DNA of 63,828 nucleotides, filler included, from Octopus bimaculoides (taxonomy: Eukaryota), in assembly GCF_001194135.2 (NCBI RefSeq). It is 6 parts of 5 records of this genome, joined end to end, with 100 filler letters (N's around TTAATTAATTAA, not from the genome) between each part and the next. Parts side by side here need not be neighbours in the genome. Positions count along the whole stretch, not along the records: positions 17,280 to 25,704 come from NC_068999.1; positions 25,805 to 33,089 come from NC_068995.1; positions 33,190 to 46,711 come from NC_069005.1; 3 more parts are not named here. One strand, given 5' to 3'. The position numbers and the translations under genes were made by a program. The notes under the pieces are model-generated. The model did not search any database. It saw nothing but the letters and a program-made list of their open reading frames with translations, and was not told the origin of the DNA. Position 1 is the stretch's first letter; every line of letters starts with the position of its first letter. Positions 22,019 to 36,157 of this stretch are shown here, piece by piece.

Positions 22019-24254
22019 TATGTGAAAGAGAAAACCATTTGGAGAATGTGGAACTTAGTAGACTGAAAGATAGGATCGTCATGACTGGAGTATCTTCCCT
22101 AACGGTTCTGCACTATCAAAGCAGTTCTGGATCTCTACGACTTTTCAGAAGGCTTTATAAATACTTAAAATCTATAGTACATTCTATAGATTTTGGTTGT
22201 TGTCTTCTTCAAATTGTTCATACCTGCATGTATATGTGTGAGCACGCGTGTCTGTGCGTGTGTGTGTGTTTATGAATTCAACAAGAGTTTATTGTTTTTA
22301 TGGTGACAATATTTATAGACTTTTTTTTTTATGAGAAAACATATTTCATATTGAACGCTTTTATCGTAGTTAGATCCCTGGGAAACATGGTATGATGCAT
22401 GTAAGGATTTGAATTCCTTGATACGACGTGGACATAGAGATGGCTCTCATTGCACGCACACTCACAGACGTACACTCATATGCATGGACACATGTATGCA
22501 TACATTAAATTAGCGAAATTATTAATAGCAGTGCACACGTTTAATAGTCTCTCAATTCGACGAATTAGAAAGTGTCGTTCTTTTTAGATTCATTTGTGCT
22601 TAGTTAATAGTTTTCTTAGTACAACATTTTGAAAGTTATCTCCCCACCCATGTACTCTATGATCAACTGCTATTATAGTATGTATTTTAAGGTTTCTGTT
22701 TCTTTGTAGATCTGCTGAAAAGTGAATATTTACAATATTCATCTAGATGTCCTGAAAGTTTACCCTAAAGTTAATATAGGCATATTTTGTTGAAGAAATA
22801 TATTCTTTCCGTTAACTATTTCGCTTAGAGAGAGGATATTGGCCCAAGAAATATCTAACTACCTATAAAGCACATATCCTGAACATATGCTTCTGTTAGA
22901 TGAATTCAACAGATGATTTAGATATTCAGAATTTCTAGTGCTGAGAGAACTACTGTGTTTAATCAAGGGCATAGTGATTTGTTCCAAAACATTTACCAAA
23001 TTCTTAACTGCTTTTGCACGCCACCATCGGCACTTGAGTAGCTTCTTTGCCTATACTTAGCGATCAATATAAATACTTTCTAAATTAGGCAAATGGCCAG
23101 GAATGACTAGGTACATTAATTAATTCGAATCAGAGCTTCTCTGGTAATTTATTTTGTCCATTCTGGAGGGATGAAAGCCAAGGTTAAACTCGTGGGATTT
23201 GAACCCAGAATGCAAAGAGTCAGGATAAATAGCACTGGGCATGTGATCCTACACACTGTCAATCCAGTCAATCAACAATACCTTATTCTAATATACATGT
23301 ATGTGTGTTTGCAAAGTGTTGTATCCAACAATCACTCGATACTTCTTAGTGTAATACTATATTAGTATTCACAAAATGCCTGACAGTGATTTCAAATTTT
23401 CTGCTTCCTAACTTCATATTAGTTTATATTTGTATATATATTTGGGGATTCGTTCTGGTCTTGTACAGTTTTTCCTCGATGTGGCAACGAAAGTCGCTTC
23501 TGTTTGTCACTAAAATATCTCAGTAGATAAGAAAATTGGACTGAGGATGGACTAATTCCTCAGCTGCGAAGATACGACTGTACCTTGTAACAAGATTTCA
23601 TTCATCCTCACAGTTTTAAACTCAAAACATCTATATATGTATATCAGCATATATATTCTATAGTTCCACTATTAATATTTAGCATCGAACAAAGTATGGA
23701 TTTGTTTTTGTTTTTTTTTCAGTGAGAGTCCCGATACATACAGGATCCTTAGATATCTAGTGATTCTTTGGGTGACAAGTTCTGCATGATATTCTAATGA
23801 GTTGCCCAGCCGTAGTACTGACACGCTTAGCAAACAGTTGCTAAAATTTCTGTTTGCTCTCTCTCTTCTTTCCTCTCTTCATCTCCATCGCACAACACAC
23901 AAAACACACACTTATATTCCATGGTGTTCGGCAACTTTTGAATAATCTGACAAAATGATGAACTCATAACATAGTACACTATGTTGAGCAGGACAAAATA
24001 CTTCATATTTAGTTCCGGCCCCACGTAGGCTTTGGGGGTCAAATTGCATCGAGGAAGTGGACTTCACATTTGATGACACGTTGATGACAATAACCTTTAC
24101 GTGGTCTTTCGACCTGGTAGAAATTACTGTGAATTTTCCCTTCATTATTCATAAATATGAGACTGAAAGAAGACGGGGATGCTCACAGCTGTCGCACATA
24201 GAATATAATTTGTTATAAACAAAAACTCACCTGCGGCTAATCAACAAATTTGTC

Positions 24255-24387
24255 TTCTTCTTCTTCTTCTTCTTCTTCTTCTTCTTCTTCTTCTTCTTCT
24301 TCTCCTTCTCCTCCTCCTCCTCCTCCTCCTTCTTCTTCTTCTTCTTCTTCTTCTTCTTCTTCTTCTTCCTCCTCCTCCTCCTCCTCT
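24255..24387. repeat. Compound (CTT)n/(CCT)n polypyrimidine microsatellite
   Basis: Directly visible. Confidence 0.95.
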
Positions 24388-25542
24388 AACGTAAATTAAA
24401 ATAGCACCAGAGATGTACTGCGTCGATAAAATACCACGACACTATTTAACGCTTCGAACGGAACACCGCTTTACATTCATGATCACTCATCATCAACATC
24501 ATCATCATCATCACCATCATCTGGCAAAGGCTGGAAGGTCTCGAGAAGATCCGGTAAGCTGCAGGGCTGCGTCGAGTTCTAATGTCAGCCGTGGCATAGT
24601 TTCTACAGGTGGATGCCCTTCCTAACGCCAGGAACTTTAGAGAGAATAGAGAGAATACTGAGTGCTTATCTCGTGCCGTTGACACTCTGTATACCTAGAA
24701 ATGTGTAACACGTTACCAATGTTAGCAATATTATACCAGTTTCTTTTTAAGAGCCCTTTATGTCTTAAAAATCGCCATAAACGTGTATGGTGGTTTGGTA
24801 GGATAATTAGAACGTAAGACAAAATGCGTTCCTGAGTTTATTGATCGTTATATACTGAGTTCAAATCCCATGCTTTGAGGTATTTGTTGTACAGCTTTAA
24901 ATTCCACATCATTATCCCAACGAAGTCAGCTTCTTTTGAGAGAGTATAAAATAAAGTCAAGTATCGGAGTCGATATAATGAATAAATCCCTTCCAATAAA
25001 ACTTCAGTTTTTCTGCCGATATTGCTTTCTAAATTTTGCTGAAGGCCAGTAATTTTCTGGTGGGGGTGGGGGAGAATTTATTTACATCTACCTCCAGTGC
25101 ATAACTGGTAGGTTCATTATCGACTCCGAAATGCTGAAAGGCAATGTTAGCTTCAGCAGCATTTGAACTCAGATCATGTAGAAGCAGAAGTAATGCCGCT
25201 AAGCATTTTGTCCGACGCAGTAATGATGCCACCAGATAGCTGCCCATCTTTAAGCCGATATTAGAAGCAATTATTAAAGGAATTTTCTGTTTCTCTAGAG
25301 ACGAAAATGTTGCATTTCGATGAATAGTCAAGAAATTAGAATGTAGAGAACCGTAACTTAGAATCGCAAGGGATTTCTTCCTGAATTTAAATCTTGCTGG
25401 ATACGACATTCACAATTATTTTAGAGGTGAAGTCCTTCCATCTAATGAGGGACGGTTAAATCGTCTATACAATTTTCCTCATAAAGGTCACTTCTTCTCT
25501 ACGTATGAAATTATTATTATTACTATAATTATTATTATCATA

Positions 25543-25577
<35 letters not shown>

Positions 25578-25670
25578 CATTATTAATATTATAATTTGTA
25601 TTATTATTATTATTATTATTATTATTTGAAATAGCTGTAATAAAAATGATATATATGTATATATATGTAT

Positions 25671-25704
<34 letters not shown>

Positions 25705-25804
25705 NNNNNNNNNNNNNNNNNNNNNNNNNNNNNNNNNNNNNNNNNNNNTTAATTAATTAANNNNNNNNNNNNNNNNNNNNNNNNNNNNNNNNNNNNNNNN
25801 NNNN
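25705..25804. other. Artificial scaffold linker
   Basis: 44 N + TTAATTAATTAA + 44 N. Confidence 0.97.
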
Positions 25805-25848
25805 CGGTAGTGAAGTGAAAGCACGTTATAAAAATAAAACTACTGAAC

Positions 25849-25895
<47 letters not shown>

Positions 25896-25919
25896 TGATG
25901 ATAATAATAATAATAATTC

Positions 25920-26799
25920 CGATGTTGACAAAGCCGTTACCGATCAATGGTTAGTGTTTTCTGGCATAAAATCAGAGTCAGAAGGGTTTATCATAGCAGC
26001 CCAAGATCAATGCTTGCCTACAAGGAGCTACCAGGCCAACATAGTAAAGAACAGCAGTAGCGCAACATGTCGTATATGTAAACAACGAAATAAAACCATC
26101 GATCATGTTGTCTCCATGTGCAGTCCTCTTGCGCCTACAGAGTATTCAACAGGCATGATAGAGCAGCACAATATATACACTGGGTAATTTGCAAAAACCT
26201 GGACCTGCCCCATGATAAAAACTGGTGGGAATACAAACCACCCCCAGTGCTTGAAAATGACCATTCAAACTGAAAGAAAGATAGATGCGAATAGGTCAGA
26301 CATTATATTGAAAGACTTCAGACAAAAATCATGCCTCCTCATTGATATGACGGTCCCAATTGACATAAATGTCTCTGTCAAGACCTACCAAAAACTGAGC
26401 AAGTATAAAGATCTGGAAATAGAAAATGGCAAAATGTGGAACCTGAAGACTAAAACAATACCTGTTGTCATAGGTGCATTAGGAATAATAGCAAAAGGGG
26501 CTGATTCCTACCTAGCTCAGATACCAGGGAATCCCCAAAATGGCAGAAATTCAAAAGATAATGCTCATGGGAACTGCCAATATCCTACGTAAAATACTGT
26601 CAATGTAATCGCAAATTTTAAAACAAACTCATTAGTTTCTTATGTTTACTTAAACATTCTCTAGAGCAATACTTTGTGCAAAACCAAATACATGGCACCC
26701 TACGCATAACACCACCATTAACTTTTAACTTGTTGTCTCTCGAGGTCTCTGGGTGAGACTTGGAGGGAGTCAGCTTGTACAAATACAAAGCAAAAGTCA

Positions 26800-26800
<1 letters not shown>
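25920..26800 (+). mobile_element. Dong/R4 LINE 3' fragment, same subfamily as 15280-16283
   Basis: SEGFIIAAQDQCLPTR...CRICKQ..KTIDHVVSMCS, then RKIDANRSDII...LLIDMTVP...KLSKYKDL; (AAT)n on both flanks. Confidence 0.9.
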
Positions 26801-26861
<61 letters not shown>

Positions 26862-26865
<4 letters not shown>

Positions 26866-27076
26866 CCTTCCTACTGTAACCAAAAGACCTGAAATTTTGA
26901 GGGAGGGACAGGTCGATTACATTGTCCCTAGTACTTGACTGGTACTTAATTTACCGATCCCGAAAGAACAAACAGCAAAGTCGACCTCGGTGGAATTTGA
27001 ACTCAGAACGTAGCGGTAGACGAAATACCGCTAAACATTTCGCCCGGCGTACTAACGATTCTGTCAGCTCGCCGCC

Positions 27077-27078
<2 letters not shown>
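26862..27078 (-). mobile_element. SINE family 2 copy
   Basis: Reverse complement aligns with 7443-7658; lies within (AAT)n. Confidence 0.9.
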
Positions 27079-27134
<56 letters not shown>

Positions 27135-27135
<1 letters not shown>

Positions 27136-27640
27136 CGAACGCCATTACGGATACAGAAAACCGGTGGCTATGGATGAGAAGTGAGCTGAAGGTAAAGACA
27201 AAAGCACTTATATGCGCAGCTCAAGATCAAGCATTAAAGACTAACTGTGTGAAGCGCAGAATAGACAACACTATCGACAGTAACAAATGCAAAATGTGTG
27301 GTGAGAGGGCTGAAACGGTATGCCAGATCGTTAGCGGATGCCCGAATTTGGTTCAACGCGAATACATAAGACGCCATGACGATGTGACAAGAATGATCCA
27401 TTATGAGCTGTGTGGAAACCACGGCCTACAAAGAGCAAAGCCGTGGTATATGCAATACACAGAAGGGATCACCGAGAGTGAGAACTGCAAAATCCTGTGG
27501 GATGCAATAATACAGTGCGATCACCTGACCAGACGTCGGTGGCCGGTCATTGTTGCAGTTTAAAAAGAACATGGATGATAATCGACATAGCATGTCCTGG
27601 TGACAACGAGATCAAAAAGAAAGAAGAAAAAAAACAAAAA
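27135..27640 (+). mobile_element. Dong/R4 LINE fragment, third subfamily
   Basis: ALICAAQDQALKT...CKMCGERAETVCQIVSGC...YIRRHD...ILWD..IQCD. Confidence 0.9.
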
Positions 27641-27703
27641 CAATGTTATGTATTTGTCTGAATATTTTTTTTATTATATATGTGTGTAGCGATATGTGTA
27701 GCG

Positions 27704-27744
<41 letters not shown>

Positions 27745-27849
27745 TGTGTGTGTATATATATATTTGTAAGTCCTGGTGTTTTTGTTATGTATTTGTCTGA
27801 ATATTTTTTTTATTATACCTAAGGCACCTACTTATTATTATTGCCTTTG

Positions 27850-29835
27850 CACAGCTTCTAACGCTGGAGATGTATTACAGTGTCAGCCATTCACACCTCT
27901 TATTTTTCGAGCACCTTCCGGAGTATTCGAGTGGTTCCAAGCAGTGCTGTTTTCTGGAAGTGCTCCACCCTTATTGCAGCCCCTATTTGTTCCCTGTACT
28001 TCTCAAATTTTTATTCACTGTTCCCAGGACTCCGACAATTATTGATACTACTACCACCTTTTTCATCGACCACAACTACTTAACCTCCCAAGCTAACCTG
28101 TCATATCTATCGACTTTTCTTTTTTCTTTACCGCATACCTTATTGTCAGCTGAGCATGCTATATCTATGATCCAGCATAGTTTATTTTCTTTCTCAATTA
28201 AGACTATGTCTGGCTTACTATTCTCTATCGCATGGTCACACTGAATCATAAAATCCCACAGGATCTTTGCATTATCATTTTCGATGATGCCTTCGAGTGT
28301 GTGGTCGTTCCAATTTTTTGCTCGGTCAAGTCCTTACTTGTTGAAAGTATCCAATGGACAGGCCTTGCTATATTGTCGTGGCGTCTCTTATATTCCTTGT
28401 GGGCTAGTGGCATACATCGGCTGGTTTTATGCCTTACGGTTTCACCGTTTTGTCCACAGATTCTGCACTTATCACTTTCTGCTTTGTTGTCTATTCTGTA
28501 TTTTATGTAGTTTGTTCTTAGTGCTTGCTCTTAGGCAGCACAGATTAGAGCCTTCGTTTCCGGTTTTAAATCACTTTTAGTCATCCACAGCCATCTTTTT
28601 TCTCTGTTTGTCTTATCTTCAACATCCCTATGACATTGTCCATGCATTCTTTTGTTTACCCATCTATTTTCAGTTTCATTCGCTTTCAATTTCTTGTATA
28701 GTGCTTTATCTTTGCAATCTTTCATCCTACGCAAGTCTGACCTTCCTACTTCTAATAATTGCGGTTCTGTGGCATTTTTTACATACCATGCTATGTTGTT
28801 TTCTTCTGCTCTAATGTTGTGTTCGCATCCAATAAGTCCTCTTCTCACTCTTTTTCTTGGTACATACAGTCTGTCTGTGTCACTTTTTGGGTGGAGTGAC
28901 CCATATCTAGTTAGCAGCTTCCTTGTCTTTCTGTCTAAGCTGCTTAGTTCGTCTGCTGTCAATGCGATTACCCCAGCTCAGTATCTAAGGAGTGAAACTG
29001 TCCAGATGTTGATAGCCTCAGTCTTATTCCGTCCGTTGAATTTCGACTTAAGGATCAGTCTCAGTCTGTGCAAGTGCTCCACCTTAAATTTTTCTGTCAT
29101 TTCTTTCTCTATCAATTTATCCATTTCATATCTGCTTCATAACCTCCCTCGACAGTATCGTTAGCCCCTCCATACATTTGATTTTGCCTCTCTTCAATAC
29201 TAACACACCACACTTTCTCAGTCCGAACTCCATTCTGATATCAGCACTGAAGGTATACACCGTACCANNNNNNNNNNACTCCATTCTGATATCAGCACTG
29301 AAGGTATACACCGTACCAACGAGGGAACTGACTTGGGCTTCATCTTTACCGTAAAGTTTGAGGTCATCCATGAATAATAAATGGTTAAATTTTTGTTGGC
29401 GGCTTTTGAATACATACCCAGCTTTTGCTTTCCTCAGAATCAGTGTTAGTGGTATCAAGCACAATACAAAGATCAGTGGGGACAGGCAGTCCCCTTGGAA
29501 GATGCCCCTCCTGATTTCTACTGTCCCTAAACTTCTGTATGCTGTCAAATCCGTCCTCCAATTCGCAATACTTTTTCCAAGCAATCACTCAACATTCGAT
29601 GCAATACCAAATAGGTCCATACATTCCATTATCCAAGAATGTGGGATCATATCGTACGCCTTTCGATAATCGATCCATGACATAGCGAAGTTAATTTTCC
29701 TCCTCTTGCAGTCTCTAAGTACAGTTTTGTCTACCAGGAGTTGATCCTTGGTACCTATGTACTTACGCTTGCAACCCTTCTGCTCATGTGGTAGGACTCC
29801 ATTTTACCCCAGCCCGTCTCTCCTATCTGCTTTCC
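27850..29835 (-). mobile_element. Dong/R4 LINE, longest fragment: RT, thumb, CCHC and RLE; frameshifted
   Basis: [42 protein letters not shown]...LHPKSDTDRLY, ETKALICAA. Confidence 0.92.
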
Positions 29836-30208
29836 CCCACGCTATCGTTAGCCCATTCATACGGGATGCCAATAGTAATTGGTGCTCTTGGAAGTTTGCA
29901 TATACGAGAAGACATGGAAGTGCACACCATCCCATACACACAGAGACATATCTATTCGAGATTTTTTCACGTTTTATTAATTCACAAATAGTACAGATCG
30001 TATTATATTTATTAATACAGACTTGTAAACAATTTATTATTCATTATGAAATAAAACAAAATAAAGTAATCGTACATGACAGTAAGCCGCGAAACAATTG
30101 TAGTTGAATATAGAAAGCAAATGGTAAAATAATTTTGCTCAACTTATACTTTGTTTATAATTTATATAAAAATACATAGACACACATGCACACACACACA
30201 CGCACGCG

Positions 30209-30298
<90 letters not shown>

Positions 30299-30372
30299 TG
30301 TGAAAGTAGAGGTTGTACTTACCCAGTCAAGAACCTGAAATGACAAAGTAAAAAGTAGATAAATATATACAC

Positions 30373-30585
<213 letters not shown>

Positions 30586-30904
30586 GCGCCAGCCTTGACT
30601 GCGACTAGACTTGTTCTTCGCTGCTCTGACCAGTCAGCAGCCGAAGGCATAGAGACACTAAAACAACCCAGCAATTCAACTGAAAAATAACTCTCAAAAA
30701 CTGGAATATCTACAAATTTCCCTCAAAATAAGTTAAGAAACTTACATATTCACAGTTTTCGAACACACAAACGATCATTTTAAAAAGCTTTAATATCTAC
30801 AACTTCTGTGAATACCTATCTTTTCCTTTCTCCCTGAGTATTCGAAAATGTAAAAATCCTTTTAATTCTAAGAACACTACAGTTTTTCTTTTTTTTAATC
30901 TCTC

Positions 30905-31720
30905 AAAATCTTATATAGACATCCAAGGGTTCATATGGATCCCCTTAGAGAACCACTGATCAACATCGAAGAATCGGAGACTTATAGCAAACTTTGGTTC
31001 ACCGTGGATGATCATGTCAAACAGATTGGTAAAACATTTAGAGAAGGAAAGCGCGTACGTCATGAGTTTTCCCTCAAGAATAAAGCATTTGCTGATCTGG
31101 AATGAACTCCTTTTCTTAATCGAATTGTAATTTGTGATGAAAAAGGAACAATCTACGCCAACAATAAACATAAGAATCAGTGGCCAGCACCATGTTAAAA
31201 ATCCTGTTCCAACATCCATACCATACTACTCGAAGAAGATTTTAGGTATTGTTCACTTGGAATTATTGGAACAAGGGAAAGTATCACCACACAATTTTAG
31301 TGTTGAGAATTTGAAGTTTTGTTAAAGAGGGAAAAAAAAACATCAGCTTTAGTCAAAAGAAAGAGAGGCAAGTTGAAGAAAAGAAAAAATATATTCTTTA
31401 AGCATGATAATTTCTAACCCCGCCCCCTCCCCACACACACACTCGCCAGACCAAGCAACATCTATTTTCACTTATTTAGGTCACTTGAACATTTTACCAT
31501 AGCAAGAACATTCAGAAACCACAAAGCCGAACCAGCAATCCAAACATTTGACTCTTCTGAATAACTTTAAACATTTTGCTTGAGGAATCGGAAAACAGGT
31601 TTTGGTGAGGAAAATGTTATTACTAACAACGGGGAATATATTTTGATTGAATAAATATATTCACGAAATATTTTTGCCTATACAAAACCATTAAAAGAAA
31701 TGCAACATTACTTTCTGGTA
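30905..31720 (+). mobile_element. Heavily decayed mariner transposase remnant
   Basis: PFLNRIVICDEK...NQW and a GIVHLELL-like motif; TIR-like end near 31700. Confidence 0.7.
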
Positions 31721-32021
31721 CCCCAGATAGAAAACGCATCATTTTAAGTGTATGGGCAGATGTATTGTTGAGGAATATTAGGCCGGTAGGTTCTTAATTA
31801 GGCAGAGTTTATTAAAGATGGTATAGTAGTGTTGTACAGGAGGCAAGTGTGTCAGCTGTTCCATATTTGGTTACTAAAACGTTTGATGGGAATATAAAAA
31901 GACAGGTAACAATACATACCACTCTCAGTGCCTGTAAAAAAATGAAAAAGAAAAAGTGATTATATAGTCATATATATGTATATGTATATTGAAGTATACA
32001 CACACGCACAAACAGAGAGAG

Positions 32022-32084
<63 letters not shown>

Positions 32085-32225
32085 TAGAGAGAGAGACAAA
32101 CAGACAGAGAGAGAGAAAAGAAAGATAGAGAAAGAAAGAAAGAATGGGAGAGGGAAATATAGATGTAAACACATAAACAATATTTACGATATATGTTTAT
32201 GTGTGTGTGTGTTTGTGAATCATTA

Positions 32226-32448
32226 TTAGGTTGGTGCATAATGATCGCGGGGTTTTTTTTCAAAAAATTTTATTCAACAAAAACAATAAAACATTTAACA
32301 AAAACATCTTTAAATGATTATTCCGGAGCATATTCACCATCTACTTCAATTTCTGCTTGCCGTTTTGTTTAAATTAGCGTTTTGTTAAAATTATTTGTTG
32401 AATAAAATTAATTGAAAAAAAAGCCGCAATAATTATGCACCAGCCTCA
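32226..32448. mobile_element. Mariner-type MITE with TA TSD
   Basis: TA|TTAGGTTGGTGCATAATGATCGCGG ... CCGCAATAATTATGCACCAGCCTCA|TA; inverted similarity extends roughly 70 bp inward. Confidence 0.85.
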
Positions 32449-32802
32449 TAATAACACAGATACACACACACATATTATTATGTTTCACTTTTGCTTTGTA
32501 TTTGTATAAACTGACTCCAAGTCTCACCCAGAGACGTCGAGAGGAAACAAGTCAGAAGTTCAAGTTGATGTTACGACTAGGGTGCCCTAATTTTGGTTTT
32601 GCATAGAATATTGTTCTAGAGAATGTCTGTGAAAACATAAGAAATTACAAGTTTGTTTTAAAAGTAATTTGATTATAAAGATGAGAGTGTGATGTTAAGA
32701 TGACAATAAAAGATGTTTTGATACTGCTTACAGTGTATCGGGGTCGATGTATTTGACTATCCCCCTCCCCAAAATTTCAGGTTTGCGTCTATAGCAGAAA
32801 GG

Positions 32803-32834
<32 letters not shown>

Positions 32835-33089
32835 GATGACGGCGTACACGTCGGACAAAAGGCTTTGCAGCGTCTGCCTTTCGGGTCTTAGTCGAAACTT
32901 GGTCAAGGCCGACTTGCTTTTCATTCTTCCGTTTTCAATAAAATAAGTACCATTTGAGCAATGGAAGAAATATATTTTAGTATCTTGTCCGACGTAGTAA
33001 CGATTCTTTTTCATAACAAATCCTTTCTATTACAGGCAAAAGACCTGAAATTTCGGGCGAAGGGAAAGTGAATTTCAACGACGACCCCA

Positions 33090-33189
33090 NNNNNNNNNNN
33101 NNNNNNNNNNNNNNNNNNNNNNNNNNNNNNNNNTTAATTAATTAANNNNNNNNNNNNNNNNNNNNNNNNNNNNNNNNNNNNNNNNNNNN
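33090..33189. other. Artificial scaffold linker
   Basis: 44 N + TTAATTAATTAA + 44 N. Confidence 0.97.
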
Positions 33190-33228
<39 letters not shown>

Positions 33229-33619
33229 GAAACGTATCTTAACATTTTGAATGCAATAACATTATTACATGAATGAAAGGTGTGACGACTTCGGGTACAA
33301 AAAAATGTTTGTTTTAACTTTAATGTTTAGTCAACATGCCAGTTATGTGTAATCACTTATATTGAAACTTATTTGTAACACGACAGATCAATTAAACGCC
33401 TATTATATACACTTATTTTATACACCACAGCTGACTCGAATTTGTTGTATTTGGCCCCACGACATTTCAGCAGTCACCAACCAGTAATTTTCTTCTAATA
33501 AGGCTACATTATCCTAAAATCGCTTATTGATTAGTTTGGAGTATGCAACTTTTACGAAAAGAAAGCAGTTTTAAAGTCTACACTCTCTAGGAAATTCTTA
33601 TAAATTCCCCATACTCAAA

Positions 33620-34098
33620 TGGATTGTCACCACATACGCTAGTTAACCCATTGCTGGGACTCTAACAAGTGCTACTACTTCGTGTCAGTATAGGCTTGGG
33701 AACAATAATGGCTAAGAGCTGGCTACACAGTTCTGAAAACCCTGGAACTCCTAAAGCAGAGAGCCTTCACCGTATGTATACCCAGGACATACATCTCATC
33801 TGCGACCGCATGGAAAACGAAACTCCACCAACTATTCTGACTATATGTCTGTGCACACCTTTGAATGCAGTGTATGCCAGAAGGTTTGCAAATCCAACGG
33901 AGGCCTCAAAAGACTTGTGAAGATCCATAAAGAGCATAACTTATCTGTAGGTATTGGTGGTCCAGAACAGAGGTGCAATCTATGTGGGTGCCTTTACAGA
34001 ACATTGTCTGGTTTAAAATTGCACATCAGACGCCATGATGGTGCTAAGGTGTAGGTACAGGAAGTGGTCAAACTCTGTATAAGGAGTCGACAACCGCC
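33620..34098 (+). mobile_element. RTE-like LINE 3' end with two C2H2 zinc fingers
   Basis: FECSVCQKVCKSNGGLKR(L)VKIH and RCNLCGCLYRTLSGLKLHIRRH, followed by a short 3'UTR and (GTAT)n. Confidence 0.65.
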
Positions 34099-35124
34099 GT
34101 GTATGTATGTATGTGTGAGTGCGTACGTGTGTGTATGTATGTATGTATGTATATATGTATGCATACAAAAATACCCTGTTATTGATGTTGAAATTCCAGT
34201 GAAGCAGCCCTGAATCTAGGTTAGAAACCGGCTCTTTCTCTATTGGCAAGAAATCTTGAAATAAAACGGAATAATGAACATGCATATATACATACATACA
34301 ACCACCTAGTTGATATTATTTAATTTCCAATGAAAGATCCTGGTATCTGGATTGGAGACTAAATCTTTCTTGTTCGTTATTTGCGATCCATACTTTTAGC
34401 AGCCACGCTTTTTTAGCGAAAACTAACGTAAAACTAACGTAAACAAAGATATGGAAAAAAAAAAAAAAAGCTTAAAGATTTTGTTTACCATTTACCTGAA
34501 ATTTGCACCTGCCCCACTCTACAACATCACCACACCTCTGTGTTGTTGTTGTTGTTGTTGTTTTTATATATATTATTATATATAGTTTTTAGCTATAATT
34601 TTTTTTTTATGTAATTATTTATTTTTTGAAATATTTATTTCGTTATTTGTTCTGTTAACCTAAAATGCAGACCTGTTTGGAAGACAGCCCAAACATTTGC
34701 ATAAATATATGTGTGAATGTGTGTGTGTGTGTGTGTGTGTGTGTATAAAGTACAACATGGATAGTATATCGCTCTCATATATACTTGTGCGTGTGTATAC
34801 ATACATACATACACACGCGTGCACACACTCTCACACACAAACATACACTAGTGTACGTGTGTATACACGTATATATATATATTTATTTATTTATTTATTC
34901 ATATATATACATACATCTTATATATGTTTGTTATACGTGTGTGTGTGTGTGTGTGTGTGGAGGGAGAGAAAGAAATATAGAACGAGAAAATATTTTACCC
35001 AATTTCGCCTAAGTTTCATTCCCCACCCTTCACAGCTACATATAGGCATACATACATATACAATAACATGCATACACCTATATGCATATATATACATACA
35101 TATGCACATACATATATATATATG

Positions 35125-35188
<64 letters not shown>

Positions 35189-35204
35189 NNNNNNNNNNNN
35201 NNNN

Positions 35205-35243
<39 letters not shown>

Positions 35244-35986
35244 AAATGTATATACATCCACGCATATGCATACACACACACACATATCCTCGCCGTGTAT
35301 TTTACATGATGAGTTTATGGTAGACTAAACACCAAACCTGTTGAAGAACGTAGTGCATTGTGGGTAATTAAACGTGAACGGCAAATGGCTTAATTGCGCT
35401 ACAACTTTTTTTCTTCTTTTGTTAAAGAAAAGTTGGATTATTTTGAGTAGAACCACAATCGTTCTAGGTTGCAGCGAAAAGTAGGAATGGGATGCTGTGA
35501 TGTTTGTGCCTTTCAGCAAATGATTCGACAGGGGAAAGGTGATTGTTATTATTTACGGTGAGCTGGCAGGCTCGTTAGCTCGCCCAAAATGCTGAAACCA
35601 ATATTAACCATAGCTGTTGTCAAAATCGTCGACATTGCTGGCATCGTGCCAAGATTTAAAGCCGATATTATCCCCCCAAACTCCGATGATCGTAGGTACA
35701 GTTTCGTTCTTAGATGCCATAATTTGTGACCTCTATTTCAAGGTCTTTTATCTATTTAACTTTCCAAATAGTTTTCACAGAGATCTTCTGAGATTGTCAT
35801 ATCTACGAGCGGACATGCTTTGTCAATGTGAATTTTCACTGCAATATCTGATCTATAAGCCTGAATAAGTCGACCAGTTTGAGTACTAAAATCGCAAAGA
35901 ACTGCGACATCCGATTTGTTCGACTAAAGGTGGGACACCAGCATGGCCACAGTCAAATGACTAAAACAAATAAAAGAGTAAAAGAG

Positions 35987-36025
<39 letters not shown>

Positions 36026-36100
36026 ATACTCACACACACGTATATGTTTTATATATACATACGTCTATGTAAATATATATACATACATACATACGTACAT

Positions 36101-36157
<57 letters not shown>

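Noticed and set aside
22710-22770. Good-looking acceptor TTTCTTTGTAG followed by DLLKSEYLQ...
   Set aside because: All frames close within 20 codons, there is no convincing donor and no recognisable protein.
29228-29318. 41-bp direct repeat either side of a 10-N gap in the Dong RT
   Set aside because: Typical overlapping-contig artefact, not a biological duplication.
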